A stretch of DNA of 64,000 nt from Vulcanimicrobiota bacterium. GTDB taxonomy: Bacteria; Vulcanimicrobiota; Vulcanimicrobiia; Vulcanimicrobiales; Vulcanimicrobiaceae. The translations under genes were made by a program, and so were the position numbers. Location of the stretch: contig CAVZQC010000004.1 of assembly GCA_963777315.1 (NCBI GenBank), forward strand, positions 416,001 to 480,000, given 5' to 3'. Below are positions 32,693 through 42,350 of the stretch, piece by piece (positions within the stretch are counted from its first letter, which is position 1; each line of letters begins with the position of its first letter). The notes under the pieces are model-generated. The model searched no databases, was not told the DNA's origin, and worked only from the letters and a program-made list of their open reading frames with translations.

Positions 32693-35029
32693 TTGCCGCT
32701 GAGCTACGACGCGGGAGATCTGGACCTGCGCGTCGGCGACGTGGTGCGCGTGCCGCTCGGCTCGCGCGAACAGATCGCGTTCGTCGTTTCCAAACCGCAA
32801 ACGATTGAATCCGATCGTCCCCTGCGCCCGGTGAGCGCGTTGACCGGCGTGCCGCGCGCGTTCGATGAAGTGGGTTTGGCGCTGGCGCGTTTCGTTTCAC
32901 GCTATTACATCTGCACGTTGGGTGAAGCGCTGAGTGCGGCGATTCTCGGCGGAGCGGTGCCGCATGCCGTCGACACGTTCGTGCGCACCGTGGCAACACC
33001 TAATCGCGCGCACTATCCATCAGTGCCGGAGCGTTTGGTGCAGCTGATCTGGAACGATTTTCAGGAGGGATTTTCGCTCGAACGGCTTTTGCGCCATCCC
33101 GAGGCGCGGCGAGCGGGGGATAGGGCGGCCTTGCTTCGCCATCTGAACGCGCTGGTCCGCAGCGGAGAGCTGCGCCGCGAGGGGCGCATGGTCGATCCGC
33201 GCACGCACGAGCATCGCGTGAGGGTCCTGTTTTCCGGCGAAGGCGTGCCGCGCGGACATCGGACTGCGGCATTGCTCGAGTTCGTTCGCGCGCAGCCCGG
33301 CGTTCCGCGGGCGGACGCCGTTCTCGCCGGCTTTTCGCATGCGTTGGTTGCGCGAGCCGTGCGCGCGGGCATGGTCAGGGAAGCAGAGCAGGCGCGCTCG
33401 CGTTTTCCGGCACCCCCGATCGCACGCACATCCCCGCTGGCCGCAACGCAAGCGCAGCGCGCTGCCGTCCAAGCAATTCGATCCCGTTTGGACGACGGCT
33501 CGTTCGGTGAATTGCTGCTGCACGGCATCACGGGCAGCGGCAAGACGCTGGTGTACATCGAAGCCATCGCGCACGTCATAGCACGCTTGGGCCGGGCTAT
33601 CGTCCTCGTACCGGAAATCTCGCTTACGCCGCAGACGGCACGCCGCTTCGAGCACGCCTTCGGCAGCCGTGTCGCAGTGCTTCACTCGGCACTTTCCGAG
33701 CGGGAGCGCTTCGACGCCTGGCAGGCTTGTTCGACCGGTGAGATCGACGTTGTGGTCGGCGCGCGCAGCGCCGTGTTTGCGCCGCTCGCCAACGTTCGGC
33801 TCATCGTTGTAGACGAAGCGCATGAATCGTCGTACCGCCAGGAAACTTCGCCTCGCTACAACGCCGTTACGGTCGCGCGCGAGCGCGCGCGGTTGGAAGG
33901 CGGAGTGCTCGTTTTGGGCAGCGCGACGCCGTCGCTGGAAAGCTACGCCGATGCGCGAGCCGGCCGCATCGCGCTGGCGGAACTCACCGAACGCGCCACC
34001 GGCCAGCCGCTGCCGGCCGTGCGCGTCGTCGACATGGCGCGCGAATTCGAAACTGGGAATCGGCGGATCTTCAGCGCCGCGCTCGCTCAGGCGTTGGACG
34101 ACCGGCTCCGGCGCGGCGAAAAAGCGGTGCTGTTCGTCAACCGGCGAGGAAGCGCGGGATTTCTGCTGTGCCGCGCGTGCGGATGGGTTCCGCAGTGCAC
34201 GCGCTGCAGCGTATCGCTGACGGTGCATCGCTCCGAGGGCCTGCTGCGCTGCCACTACTGTGATTTTCAGCGGCCGATTCCGCGCGCGTGCGAGCGCTGC
34301 AGCGGCGACGCGATACGTGAATTCGGCGTTGGGACCCAGCGCGTCGCCGAGGATGTGCGGCGGCTCTACCCCGGGGCGCGAGTCGTTCGCATGGACGGCG
34401 ACACCACGACTCGCATTGGCGATCATGCCCGCCTGTTGGATGAATTTGCCGGTGACGGCGACGTGCTCGTGGGCACGCAGATGGTCGCGAAAGGGTTGGA
34501 TTTTCCAACCGTAACGCTCGTCGGCGTCGTTGCCGCGGACGTCGGACTCCACGCGCCCGACTTTCGCGCGGCCGAACGAAGTTTCGCCCTTATTGCCCAG
34601 GTATGCGGGCGCAGCGGACGCTCTGCGCCGGGCGAAGCGATCGTCCAGACCTATTCGCCCGCGCATCCCGCGATCGCGTTCGCGGCATCCCACGACTATC
34701 GAGGTTTCGCTCAGGGCGAGCTGTCCGAGCGTGCGGCGCTTTCGTACCCGCCGTCGTGCGGTTTGATATATCTCGGCGTCGTCGCCCGCGACCGTCAAAA
34801 GGCACTCGCCCAAGCGCGCGGTTACGCGCGAACGCTGCAACACATCCAGGGCGTTACCGTGCTCGGGCCGGCGCCGTACCCTATCGCCAGACTCGGCAAC
34901 GAATGGCGCTTTCGCATCGCGCTCAAAGCCGGCCGGCTCGAACCGCTGCGCGATGCGATCAGAACGCAGATCCTGCCGGCAGCGCGCAAAGAGCATTCCG
35001 TCCGGCTCGTGGTCGCGGTGGATCCATGA
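32693..35029 (+). CDS. priA: Primosomal protein N' (start uncertain)
   Basis: GITGSGKT, VPEISLTPQ, DEAH, NRRG, four CxxC pairs, GTQMVAKGLDFP. Confidence 0.95.
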   Translation: MPLSYDAGDLDLRVGDVVRVPLGSREQIAFVVSKPQTIESDRPLRPVSALTGVPRAFDEVGLALARFVSRYYICTLGEALSAAILGGAVPHAVDTFVRTVATPNRAHYPSVPERLVQLIWNDFQEGFSLERLLRHPEARRAGDRAALLRHLNALVRSGELRREGRMVDPRTHEHRVRVLFSGEGVPRGHRTAALLEFVRAQPGVPRADAVLAGFSHALVARAVRAGMVREAEQARSRFPAPPIARTSPLAATQAQRAAVQAIRSRLDDGSFGELLLHGITGSGKTLVYIEAIAHVIARLGRAIVLVPEISLTPQTARRFEHAFGSRVAVLHSALSERERFDAWQACSTGEIDVVVGARSAVFAPLANVRLIVVDEAHESSYRQETSPRYNAVTVARERARLEGGVLVLGSATPSLESYADARAGRIALAELTERATGQPLPAVRVVDMAREFETGNRRIFSAALAQALDDRLRRGEKAVLFVNRRGSAGFLLCRACGWVPQCTRCSVSLTVHRSEGLLRCHYCDFQRPIPRACERCSGDAIREFGVGTQRVAEDVRRLYPGARVVRMDGDTTTRIGDHARLLDEFAGDGDVLVGTQMVAKGLDFPTVTLVGVVAADVGLHAPDFRAAERSFALIAQVCGRSGRSAPGEAIVQTYSPAHPAIAFAASHDYRGFAQGELSERAALSYPPSCGLIYLGVVARDRQKALAQARGYARTLQHIQGVTVLGPAPYPIARLGNEWRFRIALKAGRLEPLRDAIRTQILPAARKEHSVRLVVAVDP

Positions 35030-35054
35030 TGCTTTGTGGTATGGTGAGCACGCG

Positions 35055-36062
35055 ATGACGATAGCGCTCACGAGCGGCGTTGCACGGTTGTTGCCCGTGG
35101 CATGGGTCCTGGGCGGGATCGTCGTCGGCTTTATCGCTTACACGGCGATTTTTCGGCCGCTTCAGCGCGCGGGGCAGGCACGCGGATGGGCGGCGCTTTC
35201 TACCGTCTCGGCTATCGCGGCCAGCGTAGCGATCTTATGGGGCGCGCTGGCCGGGCTGTACATCGGGCTCGACCGCGTTGCACTTTCGGCGCGCGATAGT
35301 CTGGTGCTGGATCGCGTCATCGGCGCACTGTTCGTCTTCTCGCTCACGTGGATTGCCGCGCGTCTGGCAGCAGCCTCGATTGCATCGTTCGGCCGGCGAA
35401 GCGAAGGCGGCCTGTTTTCCGTCTCCCTGTACTCGACGCTGGTGCAAGGCGCGATCATCTGCGTCGGCCTGCTTACCGTTTTCAGTTCGCTTGGCATTGC
35501 GATCGCGCCGTTGCTCACCACGCTGGGGCTGGGAGGGCTGGCGGTCGCGCTGGCGCTCAACGACACGCTCACCAATTTGTTTGCCGGCGTGCATATCGTC
35601 GCTTCGCGCCAAATTCGCGTCGGCGACTTCGTCAAATTCGACTTCGCCGAAGGCGAGGTCACCGACATCAAGTGGCACAACACGACCATCCGCGGACTGC
35701 AGAACGACGTCATCGTTATCCCCAACGCCAAAGTGAACACGTCGGTGTTCACGAACTACTCGTTGTCGGTTTCAGATATCGCCGCCGCCGTGAGCGCTAC
35801 ACTGGCATGGAAAGGATCGTACGCGGCGCTGGAGGCGTTGGCGATGCGCGCGGCTCAGGACGCCGTCGGCGACACGGCGGGGCGTCTGCCCGCAACGGAC
35901 TGCCGAATCGTTTTCAGCACGTTGAACGAAACCAGCCTTCAGATTACCGCGTACCTGCCGATACAACATGCCGGCAACCGCGTGCGCGCGAGCAGCGAAT
36001 TCTTGCGCCGGCTTTACGACGGCACGCGCGACGCGCACTTCGGCGCAGATCGCATTTCTTGA
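35055..36062 (+). CDS. Small-conductance mechanosensitive channel family protein
   Basis: GLGGLAVALALNDTLTNLFAG, IRVGD, IPN and TNYS motifs. Confidence 0.88.
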   Translation: MTIALTSGVARLLPVAWVLGGIVVGFIAYTAIFRPLQRAGQARGWAALSTVSAIAASVAILWGALAGLYIGLDRVALSARDSLVLDRVIGALFVFSLTWIAARLAAASIASFGRRSEGGLFSVSLYSTLVQGAIICVGLLTVFSSLGIAIAPLLTTLGLGGLAVALALNDTLTNLFAGVHIVASRQIRVGDFVKFDFAEGEVTDIKWHNTTIRGLQNDVIVIPNAKVNTSVFTNYSLSVSDIAAAVSATLAWKGSYAALEALAMRAAQDAVGDTAGRLPATDCRIVFSTLNETSLQITAYLPIQHAGNRVRASSEFLRRLYDGTRDAHFGADRIS

Positions 36063-36069
36063 AAAGAGA

Positions 36070-36384
36070 CTACTTCGACTTTGCGCTCTTCTTTTTGCTC
36101 GCCGTGCGCTTTGCAGCTTTGGCAATCGGTGCTGCCGGCGTCTGGCCCGCCTTCGCGACGGCTGCAGCAAGGCGCGACTTTTTGCGCGCGGCTTTGTTCG
36201 GATGAATGATGCCTTTTTGAGCGGCCTTGTCGAACTGACTTTCTACGGACGCGGACGCCGCAGAGTCGTCCGCGGCGACGGCAGACTTGTAAACGGTCTT
36301 CAAGCGCGTTTTCACGTCCAAATTCCGTTTGGTTCGTTTCTCGCTCTGGCGCATCCACTTTTGGGCGGCCTTGATGTTGGGCAC
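36070..36384 (-). CDS. rpsT: 30S ribosomal protein S20 with Lys/Ala-rich C-terminal tail
   Basis: PNIKAAQK...DKAAQKGIIHPNKAARKKSRL; GAGGAG RBS. Confidence 0.95.
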   Translation of the reverse strand: MPNIKAAQKWMRQSEKRTKRNLDVKTRLKTVYKSAVAADDSAASASVESQFDKAAQKGIIHPNKAARKKSRLAAAVAKAGQTPAAPIAKAAKRTASKKKSAKSK

Positions 36385-36438
36385 TAACGGTTCTCCTCGC
36401 ACTGCGGCAACGACGCGCAGTATAGCACAGGCGCGCCG

Positions 36439-37329
36439 CTAGGGTCCAGGTCTACTCAGGATACGGCGATAGCTCGCATACCGGCTGGGCGCAATCCTGC
36501 CCGACTCGACCGCCGCCCGGATGGAGCAGCCGGGTTCGTGCATATGCGAGCAGTCGCGAAAACGGCACTCCTCGACCAGATCGCGCATTTCGCGGAATCC
36601 CTCCACGAGCTCGGCCGCGCTGATATCGCCCAGGCCGAACTCGGTCACGCCGGGGCTGTCTATAAGGAAGCCGTCCGCCATGCGGTACAGCCGGGCGGCG
36701 GTCGTCGTTTGGCGGCCGCGGCCGTGCCGCGAGACGTCGCCCACGACCGCCTGGCCCCCCAACGCACGAAAAATCGAACTTTTCCCGACACCGGAAACTC
36801 CGCACAACAGCGAGCGCCGTCCCGAGAGCGCCGCGCGCAGCAGCGGAACGCCCGCGCCGGACTTCGGGTTGACCGTCAGCGTGGAGTACCCAAGCGATTC
36901 GTAGAGCTGCGGCAGACGCAGACCGGTTTCTTCCGGCGCCAAGTCCGGTTTGGTCAGGACGACCAGAGAGTCGATGCGGTCGAGCTCGGCAAAGGCCAGC
37001 AGCTGATCCAGCGTGGCCAAACGCGGCGGCGGATCGGCCAGTGCCGTGACGGTCGCCATGGTGTCGACGTTGGCTGCGAGGATTTTGCTGCGACCCTGAT
37101 GCGTGCGCCGCTGCATGCGTGAAGTGCGCGCGTGGACGCGATCGACCAAAGTGCGGCCGTCTTCGAGCACGCGCACGTCGATGCTGTCGCCGGTGACGAG
37201 CATTTCTCGTTTTCCGCCGGCGGCGGTTCGTTTGAGGTCGGCTACCCGAGGCACGTGCTCGCTGTCGAGCACGACCCACGCCGCGTTCTTACCGACCGAC
37301 ACGACGCGCGCCGGGAACGATTGGCTCAC
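36439..37329 (-). CDS. rsgA: Ribosome small subunit-dependent GTPase A
   Basis: Circularly permuted GTPase (TKPD, GVSGVGKSS, GRQTT, DSPG) and CRFRDCSHMHEPGC zinc finger. Confidence 0.93.
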   Translation of the reverse strand: MSQSFPARVVSVGKNAAWVVLDSEHVPRVADLKRTAAGGKREMLVTGDSIDVRVLEDGRTLVDRVHARTSRMQRRTHQGRSKILAANVDTMATVTALADPPPRLATLDQLLAFAELDRIDSLVVLTKPDLAPEETGLRLPQLYESLGYSTLTVNPKSGAGVPLLRAALSGRRSLLCGVSGVGKSSIFRALGGQAVVGDVSRHGRGRQTTTAARLYRMADGFLIDSPGVTEFGLGDISAAELVEGFREMRDLVEECRFRDCSHMHEPGCSIRAAVESGRIAPSRYASYRRILSRPGP

Positions 37330-37350
37330 GCGGCTAACGATGCACTCATT

Positions 37351-37890
37351 GTGGAATGGGCCCGAACGCTGCGCATCGACGCACCGCGCAATGACGAGGT
37401 GCAAGGACTGATCGCCGCAGCGTTTTCGCGAGCGGGGCTCGCGGCGCGTTTCGGACCGGCGAGCGAGCTGTCGCGCACGTACGTTTTGCTCGAGGGAACG
37501 CGCGACACCGATCCCGCGCAGTACGAGCAAGCCGTTCCGGACGCGTTATGGTACGACGAAGCGATCATCGCCATTGCAATTGAACCCGCACCGGCGGATG
37601 CCTTGCCCGAATTGCATGCGGCCCTGGGTGGGGCGGGTGCGCCCGCGGGCGTCGCGGCATGCGACATCATCGGGGGCCGACTGGTCGTCGAGGTTCGGCC
37701 CTCGGTCACCCAGCCTATGCTGCTGCTGCAGATTGTCGACTTGGAACTGCGCCGCCGGCATGGATATCGTCGCACGCAGCTGCTGGCGCCGCTGCCGATG
37801 GAACTGATGGCGCGCATTGCGGCACTCGGGCTGCAGGCGCCCGAAATTGCACCCGACCGGATTCTGGAATCCCTGCTGCATGTGGAATAG
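37351..37890 (+). CDS. Hypothetical protein upstream of cdaA
   Basis: Open frame with plausible codon usage whose end overlaps the cdaA start; no motif recognised; start uncertain. Confidence 0.55.
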   Translation: MEWARTLRIDAPRNDEVQGLIAAAFSRAGLAARFGPASELSRTYVLLEGTRDTDPAQYEQAVPDALWYDEAIIAIAIEPAPADALPELHAALGGAGAPAGVAACDIIGGRLVVEVRPSVTQPMLLLQIVDLELRRRHGYRRTQLLAPLPMELMARIAALGLQAPEIAPDRILESLLHVE

Positions 37891-38756
37891 CATCACGCAA
37901 TACGTCGGCCTGACCGACGTGGTCGACATCGTCGCGACCAGCGTGCTGATCTATTACCTGCTGCTGCTCATTCGCGGCACGCGCGCCGTCCAGATCCTCA
38001 CGGGCGTACTGGTGCTGGTGGCGATGCTGGCCGTTTCCAACGTCCTGCATCTGCTGATGCTCGGAACGATACTGCAGCTCATCGTCCTGGGGGCCGCAGT
38101 CACGTTGCCGATCGTCTTTCAACCCGAACTGCGGCGCGCGCTCGAGCAACTCGGACGCGGCGGCTTTTTTCATCTGCACGAAGACGAACACGGGCGCCGC
38201 CGCTCCGACGAAATGGTGATGGCGACGCTGGCCAAGACTGCATTTTTACTGTCCCGAAACAAGTGCGGCGGCTTGATCGTCGTCGAGCAGCAAACCGGTC
38301 TCAAAGAGTTCGTCGAGAGCGGCACTCCGCTGGACGCGCAGTCTGTCCGTGGAGTTGCTGCTCGCGATTTTCGTGCCGGGTTCGCCGCTGCACGACGGAG
38401 CGGCGATCGTGCGCGGCAATACGATCGAGGCGGCCGGATGTTTTCTGCCGCTGGCCGAGCAGTCGCTGGCCGAACGCCGTATCGGCACGCGCCACCGCGC
38501 CGCCCTGGGACTTTCCGAACAAACGGACGCCGTGATCGTCGTCGTTTCCGAAGAGACCGGTGCAATTTCAGTCGCTCGCGGCGGGAAGCTCTCGCGTGCA
38601 GTAGAGGAAGAAGCAAGGCTCTTTCGCTTGCTGCTGGCCTCGACGCGTCCGCGCCGCGATCTGCGCGAAACGCGCAACGATCTCGTGACGCATGTCCGCG
38701 AGCGGCTCCGGCGCACGCAGCGCGACCGGCGCGAGAAGATCCGGCAAGTACGCTGA
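37880..38756 (+). CDS. cdaA: Diadenylate cyclase CdaA; +1 frameshift near 38342
   Basis: 3 TM helices, GTRAVQ and [10 protein letters not shown] in the first frame; catalytic PLHDGA and GTRHRAA in ORF 38349-38756. Confidence 0.92.
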
Positions 38757-39460
38757 TGGTTTGGGCGATCCGCCGGAACTTCGGCCTGAAGCTGCTCTCG
38801 GTGTTGCTGGCCATGCTGGGTTGGGCATATTTTCGTTTTGCCGGCAATCCGGTGATCGCCGCGCGTTTCGCGCAGCAGGTCAGCGTCCCGATCGCCACCG
38901 TCAACTTGGCATCCGGATACATCGCCCGCTTTCCCGACAAGGCCGCAGTCATCACGATCGAACCCAAGCGCGGCGAACCGCCGATCAAGCCGGATGAAAT
39001 CAAGGCCGTGCTCGATCTGTCCGGGCGCGGCGCGGGCGTGTATAACGTGCCGGTGGAGTTGGTAGCACCCAGTTTGGCGGTACAGTCGCTCAGCCCGGCA
39101 TCCGTAACGCTTTCGATCGAGAAGATCGACCAGCGGACGTTTCCCGTAGCGATGCACTACGCCAATCAAGCCAACGTCGTGGTCAGCCGGTTTACGGTCA
39201 CGCCGATTTCGGTGAACGTTCGCGGGGCAACCAGCGACCTGGCGCAGGTCGCCACCGTGCGAGTGGATATGCCGCTGCGGGCGTGGCACGCGTCGTTGGA
39301 CGAAATGGTGCGGCCGGTTGCGGTAAACTCGTCGGGAGACGAGGTCGCCGGCGTGCAAGTTTCTCCCAATCTCGTACGCGTGCAAGCGCAATTCTTACCG
39401 GCGAGCAAAGGAAGTCTGAAGTGGGGCGAATATTCGGAACCGACGGCGTGCGGGGCGTAG
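38756..39460 (+). CDS. cdaR: CdaR/YbbR-like regulator
   Basis: NFGLKLLSVLLA TM segment followed by beta-rich YbbR-like repeats; lies between cdaA and glmM. Confidence 0.8.
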   Translation: MVWAIRRNFGLKLLSVLLAMLGWAYFRFAGNPVIAARFAQQVSVPIATVNLASGYIARFPDKAAVITIEPKRGEPPIKPDEIKAVLDLSGRGAGVYNVPVELVAPSLAVQSLSPASVTLSIEKIDQRTFPVAMHYANQANVVVSRFTVTPISVNVRGATSDLAQVATVRVDMPLRAWHASLDEMVRPVAVNSSGDEVAGVQVSPNLVRVQAQFLPASKGSLKWGEYSEPTACGA

Positions 39461-40770
39461 CCAACACCGAGCTTACCCCGCAGCTCGCGTTCGCCGTCGG
39501 CCGCGCCGGCGCCGGCGTGCTCTCGCGCAGCAGCGACAGGCATCGGCCGATCGTCGTCGGGCGCGATACGCGCTTGTCGGGAACGATGCTGGAGGCGGCC
39601 ATCGTCTCGGGCATTACCTCGGTCGGACGCGATGTGGTCAGCGTCGGAATCGTTCCGACGCCTGCAATAGCGACGATAACGGTGCGAACCGGCGCAGCGG
39701 CCGGCGTAATGATCAGCGCCTCGCATAACCCGATCGCCGACAACGGCATAAAATTTTTCGGACCCGACGGATTCAAGCTTTCCGATGCGATCGAAGACGA
39801 GATCGAAGCGCTGCTCGATCGCGATGGTTTTCCCTATCCGACCGGCACGGAGATCGGGGTTGCAAGCCTGGGACAGAACTTGGGCAGGCACTATTACGAC
39901 GAGCTGTACGCCGGGGCGGCGGATTTGAGCGGCATGACGATCGTCGTGGACGGTGCATTCGGAGCGGCGTACCAGTATGCGCCGTACGCGCTGCGCAAGC
40001 TCGGCGCAACCGTTGACGAAATCAATTGCGAGGCCGACGGCGCGCGCATAAACGTGCAGTGCGGAGCGACCGACTTGCGTGCGCTGCAGGCCCGGGTGCA
40101 GTCTAGTGCACGCGACGGCTCTCGCCCGGTCGGCGTTGCTTTCGACGGCGACGCGGATCGCGCCATGTTCGTCGACGAAACAGGCGCGGTTTTGAACGGC
40201 GATCACGTCATGCTGATCCTTGCCCGAGATTTACATTCGCGCGGAGAACTGGCTAAAGCCACGGTCGTAGCGACGGTGATGAGCAACATCGGGCTCGAGA
40301 AGGCACTCGCAAAGCACGGAATTACGCTGCTGCGCGCGCCCGTGGGAGACCGCTACGTGCTCGAACGCATGCGTGAAGGCGGCTACGTCTTGGGGGGCGA
40401 GCAATCGGGCCATATCATCGACCTGCGCAACAACACGACCGGAGATGGGCCCATGACCGCGATCGCGCTGTTCGGCACCGCCGTCCGCAGCGGCAAGACG
40501 CTGCGCGAACTGGCGAGCGACTTGACGGTCTACCCGCAGGTATTGGTCAACGTTCGCACGACGTCCAAGCAAGTGCTGGACAGCCCCGACGTTCGCAAGG
40601 CCGTCGCGCGAGCCGAGGAAGATTTGACGGGAAATGGGCGACTACTGATACGTCCGTCGGGTACGGAGCCGCTCATCCGTGTTATGGTCGAGGGCGAAGA
40701 TCAGCAGCGTATCGAGGCTCTGGCCAACGATCTCGCTGACCGCATCAGGCGGGCCGCTTCAGTAAATTGA
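39421..40770 (+). CDS. glmM: Phosphoglucosamine mutase
   Basis: FGTDGVRG, SASHNP, DGDADR, GGEQSGH and RPSGTEP motifs. Confidence 0.96.
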   Translation: MGRIFGTDGVRGVANTELTPQLAFAVGRAGAGVLSRSSDRHRPIVVGRDTRLSGTMLEAAIVSGITSVGRDVVSVGIVPTPAIATITVRTGAAAGVMISASHNPIADNGIKFFGPDGFKLSDAIEDEIEALLDRDGFPYPTGTEIGVASLGQNLGRHYYDELYAGAADLSGMTIVVDGAFGAAYQYAPYALRKLGATVDEINCEADGARINVQCGATDLRALQARVQSSARDGSRPVGVAFDGDADRAMFVDETGAVLNGDHVMLILARDLHSRGELAKATVVATVMSNIGLEKALAKHGITLLRAPVGDRYVLERMREGGYVLGGEQSGHIIDLRNNTTGDGPMTAIALFGTAVRSGKTLRELASDLTVYPQVLVNVRTTSKQVLDSPDVRKAVARAEEDLTGNGRLLIRPSGTEPLIRVMVEGEDQQRIEALANDLADRIRRAASVN

Positions 40771-40882
40771 CCGGCCGCCGATATTAGTGGTGCGCCTTGC
40801 GGCCCGTGGAGGGAATGCCCCACTCGGGTGCAACAAGGGCACACGCCACGCTAACGTAGCCTGGCGATACTAGCTTGCCACA

Positions 40883-41016
40883 ATCACTGAGTCCGCCCCG
40901 CGAATGGGGCCGGAGCGGGGGATATGCCGGTAGGGGTGAATGGGCCGGTCCGGTCCTAGGGCGATCTTTCACGTCCGAACCCGACAACTAACCCCGCAAG
41001 TGTTTTGAAAGAGGAA
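40883..41016 (+). ncRNA. c-di-AMP riboswitch (ydaO/yuaA family)
   Basis: Ordered conserved blocks CTGAGTCC...GGGGGA...GGGGTGAAT...TAGGG...CCGAACCCGACAACTAACCCCG; CACT pairs with AGTG; ends at the GAGG RBS of an NlpC/P60 gene. Confidence 0.85.
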
Positions 41017-41020
41017 CATT

Positions 41021-41698
41021 TTGCGTTATCTTTTAGCCACCGGGGCGTTGGCATTTCTGCTCGCCGGCACCAACACTTTTGCGCTCGCAGATCCGTCGGC
41101 GACCGCACCGCAGCCCGCAACGGCGACCACCGTGACGGCGCCGGCCGCCGCGCAGGCCGAGCAAGACCAGGCCGCTGAACCGGGTACGCCGGTAGAAAGC
41201 CCCGACGTCGCCGAGTGGACTTCTCAACTGATCCGCGAGCAGCAATCTGCTTCCGCGCATCACACGTCGGCGGGGCGCGCGCTCAGCAAGTTTGCCGGCC
41301 GGCTCCTTTCTCGGACGACGCGAATTGCCAAGAACCTCACCCGCGACGCGCTGCGGTTTTTGGGCACGCCTTATGTCTTTGGCGGCACGTCCGCTTCAGG
41401 CTTCGATTGCTCCGGGTTCGTTCAGCACGTCTTCGCCATGCTCGGCGTGAGCATACCGCGTACGGCCGACGGGCAGTATTATGCCGGCGGACGCGTTCGC
41501 GGCCACATGAAGGCAGGCGACTTGGTGTTCTTCCAGACCTATGAGCCGGGACCGTCGCACGTGGGAATCTACATCGGCAACGGCAAGTTCGTTCACGCCA
41601 GCTCCAGCCACGGCGTTATGGTCAGCAGCCTTGACGACTCCTACTGGTCCGCGCGGTATTTGGGCGCCAAGCGCGTGATCGCAATCGCCCGGCGGTAA
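41021..41698 (+). CDS. NlpC/P60 (C40) cell wall peptidase
   Basis: Signal peptide; GTPYVFGG, FDCSG, GDLVFF, HVGIYIG and HASS motifs. Confidence 0.93.
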   Translation: MRYLLATGALAFLLAGTNTFALADPSATAPQPATATTVTAPAAAQAEQDQAAEPGTPVESPDVAEWTSQLIREQQSASAHHTSAGRALSKFAGRLLSRTTRIAKNLTRDALRFLGTPYVFGGTSASGFDCSGFVQHVFAMLGVSIPRTADGQYYAGGRVRGHMKAGDLVFFQTYEPGPSHVGIYIGNGKFVHASSSHGVMVSSLDDSYWSARYLGAKRVIAIARR

Positions 41699-41748
41699 TC
41701 GTTCTGCAGGCAGGAACGCGCGCGGAAGAAGAGCAGCGCCGCGCCGCA

Positions 41749-42093
41749 ATGAACTATCTGGTATGGCCGGCGGCACTCTACGAGCAGTTCGTGGAGCGCG
41801 AGCCGGCTTCGTCATGGTACCGGCTGCAAGTGCGGCAAGCCGCGGGCTTCGGGACCCGCTGGACCCTTCTGGGCATCGGCGCCCTTTTCTGGCCGCTGGT
41901 GGTTTCGCTGCTCGCGGGCAATGCGACGCTCACCATCGTGGTGTACTCGGTCGCGATTCTCTTGGACTGCAGGCTTTTCGCGGCATGGTTGCGGCAAGCG
42001 GTACGGTATAGTAAACGAGCCGCGCGCGGAGAAACGTTTTCACTCGAACGCAGTTGGACCGCTTCGGTCATAGGAGTTCCCGCCAAGCGTTGA
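41749..42093 (+). CDS. Small 2-TM hypothetical membrane protein
   Basis: 114-aa ORF with two hydrophobic segments. Confidence 0.55.
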   Translation: MNYLVWPAALYEQFVEREPASSWYRLQVRQAAGFGTRWTLLGIGALFWPLVVSLLAGNATLTIVVYSVAILLDCRLFAAWLRQAVRYSKRAARGETFSLERSWTASVIGVPAKR

Positions 42094-42154
42094 ACGGCGG
42101 CTTCCTCCCCGAAGGCGGCTGCGGGTGTGACTCCCGTGATGAGGATGCAGTCGA

Positions 42155-42226
42155 TGGGGTGTAGCCAAGCGGTAAGGCAGCGGACTTTGAATCCGCCATG
42201 CGATGGTTCGAATCCATCCACCCCAG
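42155..42226 (+). tRNA. tRNA-Gln (TTG)
   Basis: Cloverleaf TGGGGTG...AGCCAAGCGGTAAGGC; anticodon arm GCGGA-CTTTGAA-TCCGC; T arm GGTTCGAATCC; CCA not encoded. Confidence 0.96.
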
Positions 42227-42350
42227 GATCGCGCTGCCTTACCGCAGCGCAGGCGCCTGCGCCGGAGCGGAATTTGACCATCTCGGGACCCCGAAGTGCG
42301 AAGCACTTTGGGGCAGAGACCACCCCAGGAATACCGGCACTGTGGCGGTC

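Noticed and set aside
37817..39460. 547-aa ORF that looks like a CdaA-CdaR fusion
   Set aside because: The middle section is out-of-frame sequence lacking the DGA and RHR catalytic motifs; it results from the +1 indel plus the TGATG overlap.
40758..40786. Sigma-28-like GCCGATAT upstream of the riboswitch
   Set aside because: The -35 element is poor at the correct spacing, and the -10 match can arise by chance in GC-rich DNA.
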